Assembly (NCBI RefSeq): GCF_000008645.1
Contig: NC_000916.1
Coordinates: 870,001 to 902,000, forward strand
Direction: 5' to 3'
From: Methanothermobacter thermautotrophicus str. Delta H
Lineage (GTDB): Archaea > Methanobacteriota > Methanobacteria > Methanobacteriales > Methanothermobacteraceae
Length of the DNA: 32,000 nt
Under the pieces are notes generated by a model. It was not told the origin of the DNA. It searched no databases and worked only from the letters and a program-made list of their open reading frames with translations. Below are positions 26,766 through 32,000 of the stretch, in pieces; position 1 is the first letter of the stretch, and the number at the start of each line of letters is the position of its first letter. Made by a program: the position numbers and the translations under genes.

Positions 26766-27923
26766 TCCAGATCAGGGACTGGTGGTGAAGTTGGGGGAAC
26801 TTAGAAAATTCGTTACAAGTGAATTCGTATTTGGTGACAGGGCAAGATTCCTTGCTGGCAGATACGCCCTGAACCTCGGAGCCGACAGGTCCTCCTTGTG
26901 ACCGACAGGGGGTTAATGAAGACTGGATTCGTTGAGGATGTCAGCTCCTCCCTTGAGGAGGAGGGCCTCGAATATGTCATCTTTGATGATGTGACGCCCA
27001 ACCCCCGTGACCATGAGGTCATGGAGGGTGCTGAGGTCTTCGATGCCGAGGAATGCAACATGATAGTTGCCCTGGGTGGTGGAAGCCCCATTGACTGTGC
27101 AAAGGCCATGGGTGCTGTTGTATCCAACAGGATGCACGTACTTGACTTTGAGGGTGTTGATATGATCCCGACCCCCTCGGTTCCCATAATATGCATCCCC
27201 ACAACTGCAGGGACAGGAGCGGACGTCTCCCAGTTTGCAATCATCCTCGACACCCGGAGGATGGTGAAGATAGCCATCATAAGCAAGGCCATGATACCCG
27301 ACGCATCACTCATAGACCCTGAGACCACCGTCACCATGGACCGGGAACTGACAGCTTCAACAGGTATGGATGCCCTTGCCCATTCCATCGAAGCCTATGT
27401 ATCCAATGCAAGCTTCCATCTGACTGACCTCAACGCCCTGGACGCCATCAGAATCATAAGCAGGTGCCTCCCATCTGCCGTTGATGAACCCGAGAACATG
27501 GAGTACCGTGAGGGTATGATGCTTGCAAGCCTCGAGGCTGGCCTTGCATTCTCAAATGCCAGTCTGGGACTTGTCCATGCAATGGCCCACAGCCTTGGAG
27601 GCAAACTTGACATGGCCCACGGTGAGGCCAATGCACTGCTACTTGAACACGTGATAGAATTCAACTACCCTGGAGCCACTGAACGGTACCATGAAATCGC
27701 ACGGGCAATGGGCCTCAGGGGCTCGGGGCCCGCCGAGCTCATTGATTACATCCGGGAATTCAGGTCCAGCATAGGGATCGACATGACCCTGGAGGATCTC
27801 GGCGTCGGGGAGGACGACATACCTGAACTTGCAGAGGCCTCAATGAAGGACCCCTGCATTGTAACAAACCCTGTACGGCCCTCAATTGAAGATGTTGAGG
27901 CCATATTCAGGAGGGCCCTCTGA
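26707..27923 (+). CDS. Iron-containing (group III) alcohol dehydrogenase; frame-interrupted near the 5' end in this sequence, true start uncertain
   Basis: ORF 26898..27923 carries ...ALGGGSPIDCAKAMG..., ...IPTTAGTGADVSQF... and ...HAMAHSLGG...HGEANA..., which are Fe-ADH signatures. The family N-terminus (...FVTSEFVFGDRARFLAGRYALNLGADR) lies in ORF 26707..26901 in the adjacent frame. Possible starts are ATG 26707, GTG 26782/26785 and TTG 26791. Confidence 0.85.
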
Positions 27924-27935
27924 GGTGCTGGTGAA

Positions 27936-29033
27936 ATGTCTGATAGAGACTGGGAAACCCTCCGGGAAAAGATAATCGGATTCGGTGAGAAATCCGTAAG
28001 GAAGAGCTACTACCCGAGACTTCAGGAGTCAATGGCCGAACTTGAAAGGTTCAGAAAACTCCTTGACTGCGCAGATGACGCCATATTCCTGGTTAAAATC
28101 CCTGGTGGTGAACTCGTGGATGCCAACCGTTCAGCCTGTGTAATGCTAGGATACTCCACCAGGGACATCCCGGGACACATGGTATACGATCTCCTGCCAG
28201 GGGAACTCCACAATGTATTCCGTGGAATACTGGAGGGTGATGAAGACAGGGTGACCATGGATGGCCGTTTACTTAAGAGGGACGGCGATGAGGTGCCCGT
28301 TGAGATAAAGGTAAACATCCTTGATTTTAAGGGTGATAGATACGCTGTGCTCGTTGCCAGGGATATAAGCGAGAGGCTGAGGATGGAGTCAGAGCTGATG
28401 AAATCCCTCAGGGAGAATGAGGTCCTTCTGAGTGAGATACACCACAGGGTCAAGAACAACCTCCAGATAATATCAAGCCTTCTGAGCCTCCAGAGCCATG
28501 GTATCGATGACCCATCATGCAGGTCTCTTCTTTCAGAGAGCCAGGACAGGATAAGGTCAATGGCACTCATACATGAACAGCTCTACCGCTCAGGGGACTT
28601 CAGCTCCATAGAATTCTCATCATATGCCTCAAGGCTCCTCAAGAACCTCAAAAGATCATACGCCCCCGGGAAGAATATCGAGCTATCACTGGACACCGAA
28701 AACCTGAAACTCAGCCTTGAGACATCAATACCCCTTGGCCTCATGCTCAGCGAGCTTGTGACCAATGCCCTCAAACATGCCTTTAAGGGAAGAGATAGTG
28801 GTAATATAATTGTTAAATTTAAAAAGGATGGTGATTACTGTGTCCTTGAGGTCAGGGATGATGGTGTGGGTTTCAATGAGGAGAAGATCAGGAACAGCAC
28901 CTCACTGGGCTTTAGACTTGTTGAAATACTCACAGAACAGCTGGACGGATCACTGACATACTCCGGAGAGAACGGAGGACTTTTCAGAATAAGGTTCAGA
29001 GAACCCCTCTACAAGGACAGACTGACCAATTAA
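27936..29033 (+). CDS. Sensor histidine kinase: PAS domain + HisKA_2-type dimerisation/phosphoacceptor + HATPase
   Basis: PAS-like region ...LLDCADDAIFLVKIPGGELVDANRSACVMLGYS...RDGDEVPVEIKVNIL.... H-box is EIHHRVKNNLQIISSLLSLQ. ATPase N/G boxes are ...ELVTNALKHAF... and ...VRDDGVGF.... No TM helix, so it is predicted cytoplasmic. It starts 12 nt after the ADH stop, with GGTGA upstream. Confidence 0.85.
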   Translation: MSDRDWETLREKIIGFGEKSVRKSYYPRLQESMAELERFRKLLDCADDAIFLVKIPGGELVDANRSACVMLGYSTRDIPGHMVYDLLPGELHNVFRGILEGDEDRVTMDGRLLKRDGDEVPVEIKVNILDFKGDRYAVLVARDISERLRMESELMKSLRENEVLLSEIHHRVKNNLQIISSLLSLQSHGIDDPSCRSLLSESQDRIRSMALIHEQLYRSGDFSSIEFSSYASRLLKNLKRSYAPGKNIELSLDTENLKLSLETSIPLGLMLSELVTNALKHAFKGRDSGNIIVKFKKDGDYCVLEVRDDGVGFNEEKIRNSTSLGFRLVEILTEQLDGSLTYSGENGGLFRIRFREPLYKDRLTN

Positions 29034-29045
29034 ATACAATTAACA

Positions 29046-29050
29046 TTTTT
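29046..29050 (+). terminator. Oligo-T tract in a short AT palindrome after the histidine kinase gene
   Basis: aacatttttaatgtt (6-nt inverted arms around T-rich centre) lies ~10 nt after the stop codon. This is weak, pattern-based evidence. Confidence 0.3.
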
Positions 29051-29190
29051 AATGTTCTGAGAGGATTATACACCTTATACCGTCTCAAGCTTTATTAAAG
29101 GCTTGAAGGGTTAAATAAAGGTTTTTGTATCTCTGCAGGTGGTGAAGGGTCATTTCATGGCCCCATCAAAGCCCATGGAAAGCATTATAA

Positions 29191-29790
29191 ATGGTGCCCT
29201 ATGTTAATATGAATATGGTTAGATTCAACAGGGAAGAGGTCAGGGACATTCTCGTGTCCATGGTTGTAATTGCAGGCGTATTCGCCTATGTTTTCTCAGG
29301 AAAGAACATTCAGACTGCACTGGTTCTTCTTCCAGCAACCCTGATCACGGTTGGCCTTGGATTTGTCCTCCATGAGATAGCCCATAAACTGATGGCCATA
29401 AGGTACGGTTTCTGGGCAGAATACAGGCTATGGCTTGAGGGCCTTCTGCTTGCACTGGTAACGGCCTACTTCGGATTTGTCTTTGCAGCCCCGGGTGCGG
29501 TCTACATCCATGGCAACTACATTGAGAGAGATGTGAACGGTAAGATATCCCTTGCAGGACCCCTAACAAATATAATCCTTGCAATCATGTTCCTCATGGT
29601 ATCCACGGTACTCCCATCACCCATCAACCAGGTGGCGTTCCTTGGATACGCTGTCAACAGCTTCCTCGCCCTCTTCAACCTCATACCCCTCGCGGTGCTT
29701 GATGGGGCCAAGGTTTTCAGGTGGAACCCCCTGATCTGGCTCCTTGCAGCCGCAGCTGCATTTGGGCTGACATTCAACAGCATGCTCTGA
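29191..29790 (+). CDS. M50 family (site-2 protease-like) membrane zinc metalloprotease
   Basis: HEIAH (HExxH) sits within a TM helix, followed by the downstream [10 protein letters not shown] (NxxPxxxLDG) motif. Multiple TM helices. The start is ambiguous among ATGs at 29191, 29209 and 29215. Confidence 0.8.
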   Translation: MVPYVNMNMVRFNREEVRDILVSMVVIAGVFAYVFSGKNIQTALVLLPATLITVGLGFVLHEIAHKLMAIRYGFWAEYRLWLEGLLLALVTAYFGFVFAAPGAVYIHGNYIERDVNGKISLAGPLTNIILAIMFLMVSTVLPSPINQVAFLGYAVNSFLALFNLIPLAVLDGAKVFRWNPLIWLLAAAAAFGLTFNSML

Positions 29791-29799
29791 GTGGTTAAG

Positions 29800-30983
29800 A
29801 TGTTCCGGGATATTCCTGTCAGGTACATTGGATGCACCCACAGGCCGTGAGGCCCTCTGAGACCCTGAAGGCCTTCGGGGACAAACTCTCCATGATAGGT
29901 GTTACAAGGATCACCGAGATAACACACCTTGACCGCATCGGCATACCCGTATTCTCCGCCATAAGACCAACAGCAGAGGATGGAGCTGTGAGCATATACG
30001 CCGGTAAGGGCGCCACCAGAACCCAGGCAAGGGCCTCGGCCATGATGGAGGCCTTTGAGAGGTATTCAGCAGAAAGAAAGCCCGAAGATGAAACATTCAC
30101 AGCTCACCCAGAGGACTGTGACGGCCTTGACCCTGAGTCACTGATACTTCCAGGGTCCACTGATCTGAAATCTGAACTGGAGTGGATTAATGCAGAGAAC
30201 CTCACCGGTGATGAGGAGGTCCCGGTACCTGCAAATGCTGTTTTTCATCCATACAACCCTCCGGAAGGCTGCATGAGTCTGTTCCGATCAAACACCAATG
30301 GACTTGCATCAGGGAATGCAAGGGAGGAGGCCATATTCCATGGGCTGATGGAGGTGATTGAAAGGGATGCCTGGAGCCTCTTCGAGGCTAGGAGGGGTCC
30401 CAAAGTGGAGGTTGACTGCTCAGGGACGGATAATGATATAATATCAGGACTCCTTGAGAAGTTCCATGCCGCTGGTGTGGAGGTGACCCTGGTTGACCTT
30501 ACAGCAGACACCGGGGTTGCGACGGTGGCTGCGGTTGCAGATGACACCGTCCTGAGGGATCCGGCCCTCCTCACCATGGGCGTCGGGACCCACCTTGACC
30601 CTGAAATTGCGGTTATAAGGGCCCTCACAGAGGTCGCCCAGAGCAGGGCCACCCAGATACATGGAACCCGTGAGGACACCGTCAGGGCCGAGTTCATGAG
30701 ACGTGCCGGGTATGAGCGTATGAAGAGACTCAACAGGCACTGGTTCAGTGAACCGGAGGACACGATTACCCTGGATGAGATGGAGGACCTCTCAACAAGG
30801 TCATTCAGGGGAGACCTTGAGATAACCCTCAGGAAACTGCGTGAATCCGGTCTAGAGGATGTTTTCTATGTTGACCTCACCCGTGATGTGGGGGTCCCTG
30901 TCGTCAGGGTCATAGTTCCGGGCCTTGAGGTCTTCTCTGTTGACCCGGAACGTGTGGGGCGTCGCATCAGGTCCTCCATCTGA
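29800..30983 (+). CDS. ycaO: YcaO-domain protein (methanogen TfuA-associated YcaO, peptide backbone thioamidation); frame-interrupted after codon ~15 in this sequence
   Basis: ORF 29832..30983 contains ...[24 protein letters not shown]... and the YcaO ATP-binding signature ...[25 protein letters not shown].... The expected N-terminus [15 protein letters not shown] is encoded from ATG 29800 in the adjacent frame (see findings). Confidence 0.87.
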
Positions 30984-31101
30984 GGATTCTGTAAAGATCC
31001 GATTCTGTCAAGTGTTTCCAGATGCAGGAGCTCCTCCTTCTGATATCCGGACCAATTTATCATCTAAAAGATTAATTATCAGCGCCAAGATACCAACCAG
31101 T

Positions 31102-31751
31102 ATGCATGGTAAGAAAATAATCATCTTCACGGGACCATCCCTATCACACACTGAAGCCTCCAGTATCCTTGAAGCTGAGTACAGGCCACCGGTGAGAAGG
31201 GGTGACATTCAGGAGGCCATGAAGGAGAACCCGGACATAATAGGCATAATAGACGGTGTTTTCCACCAGAGCCCTGCTGTTGGTCACAGGGAGATCATTG
31301 ATGCCATCAGGAGGGGTGTGAAGGTGGTTGGAGGGGCCAGCATGGGGCCCTGAGGGCCTCAGAGCTCAGTGAACTTGGAATGGTGGGTGTTGGCCGCATC
31401 TTCAGATCATACCTTGATGGTGAAATCGAATCGGATGATGACGTTGCAGTGGCCTTCAACCCTGACACCCTTGAGCCCCTCTCTGACTCCCTTGTCAGCA
31501 TAGAATTCAACCTTAAAAGAGCCCTCATGAGGGGTGTGATAAGAGAGGATGATTTCAGGGAGCTTATGAATACCGCGAAGAACCTCTTCTACCCCCTCCG
31601 AAATTACAGGAGGATCCTCCATGAAAGCGGGATCCCTGATGATACCAAAGAATCCCTGCGTTCCTTCCTTGAATCAGAGGGGAGGGACCTTAAAAGGGAG
31701 GATGCGCTGGAGGTCATCCGTCATATAAAGAAACTTGCATCTACAGGATAG
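31102..31751 (+). CDS. tfuA: TfuA-like protein (YcaO partner); split into two ORFs by a frame interruption in this sequence
   Basis: MHGKKIIIFTGPSLSHTEA...PPVRRGDI...IIGIIDGVFHQSPAVGHREIIDAIRRGVKVVGGASMG (frame 1, to 31353) continues as ALRASELSELGMVGVGRIFRSYLDGEIESDDDVAVAF... (frame 0, ORF 31380..31751). Together they give a complete TfuA domain. Confidence 0.85.
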
Positions 31752-31904
31752 GTTCCAGAAAGTAAGGGATAGAACTACACATAACAGAACCCAAATACGC
31801 AGAGATGAGACTGAACCAAACTAATAACAGAACCATGGACTGCTGCATTCAGACTACAGCGAAATGATGAACCTCACAGGACCTAGAATTATGGATGTGT
31901 TATC

Positions 31905-32000
31905 ATGGATCTTGAATCAAAGGTTGAAAGGGTTAAGACGGCCCTCAGGGGTGAGAGGATCGCCGTTGGATTCTCGGGTGGTGCTGACAGCACAGCCCTT
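31905..32000 (+). CDS. PP-loop ATP pyrophosphatase superfamily protein, first 32 codons (continues beyond window end)
   Basis: My translation from ATG 31905 is MDLESKVERVKTALRGERIAVGFSGGADSTAL. SGGxDS is the PP-loop motif (adenine nucleotide alpha-hydrolase, LarE/ThiI/TtuA-like). The ORF is open to the window end. Confidence 0.6.
   Translation, partial: MDLESKVERVKTALRGERIAVGFSGGADSTAL

Noticed and set aside
1-32000. Search for mobile elements, prophage or defence islands, and RNA genes (tRNA, rRNA, RNase P, SRP) in intergenic regions (6255-6466, 12801-12991, 18759-18878, 20513-20671, 21857-22350, 29034-29190, 31752-31904).
   Set aside because: I recognised no integrase, transposase or terminal inverted repeats, no tRNA-like T-arm/GTTCGAATC-type strings, and no cas or restriction-type genes. 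I cannot run covariance models, so small non-coding RNAs cannot be excluded.

Overview
This window looks like a chromosomal segment from a Methanothermobacter-type methanogen (Methanobacteriales). That call is an inference from gene content and protein sequences; I ran no search. Almost the whole window is coding.

Gene content, in order:
- 1-6254, minus strand: the promoter-proximal part of the A1AO ATP synthase operon, atpH-I-K-E-C-F-A. atpA runs off the window start, and atpK is an internally duplicated proteolipid.
- A co-directional four-gene block of organic-acid-type enzymes: an MmgE/PrpD-family protein, an unknown 299-aa protein, a divergent Fe-S hydro-lyase alpha-type protein, and a short citrate-synthase/citryl-CoA-lyase-like protein.
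- tiaS, a divergently transcribed XRE-type HTH regulator, and two hypothetical genes.
- serA.
- A PRC-barrel / nadX / Thg1-like / JAMM gene string.
- A Trbp111-like tRNA-binding protein and a radical SAM enzyme.
- A sequon-rich secreted protein ending in a W/Y/K/R tail, followed by about 0.5 kb of AT-rich non-coding DNA.
- An aldehyde dehydrogenase.
- A two-gene TadC-like plus class-III-signal-peptide (pilin-like) locus.
- An M24 peptidase, a HIT protein, an Fe-type alcohol dehydrogenase, a PAS/HisKA_2 histidine kinase and an M50 protease.
- The YcaO-TfuA thioamidation pair and the start of a PP-loop ATPase.

I recognised no rRNA, tRNA, CRISPR array, transposase or integrase.

Most notable observations:
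1. Four genes in the last 10 kb (ALDH, Fe-ADH, ycaO, tfuA) are each interrupted by what looks like one missing G in a short G-run. The conserved protein sequence continues in the next frame.
2. The YcaO-TfuA module is flanked by an M50 protease and a PP-loop ATPase.
3. The PrpD / unknown / hydro-lyase / Ccl-like cluster is uncharacterised.
4. Several independent tandem duplications of about 40-48 bp sit at gene boundaries. One is a 43-bp x 2.4 repeat whose copies each start with ATG, in front of the Fe-ADH.
5. The surface protein has an unusual aromatic/basic C-terminal tail built from 12-nt micro-repeats.
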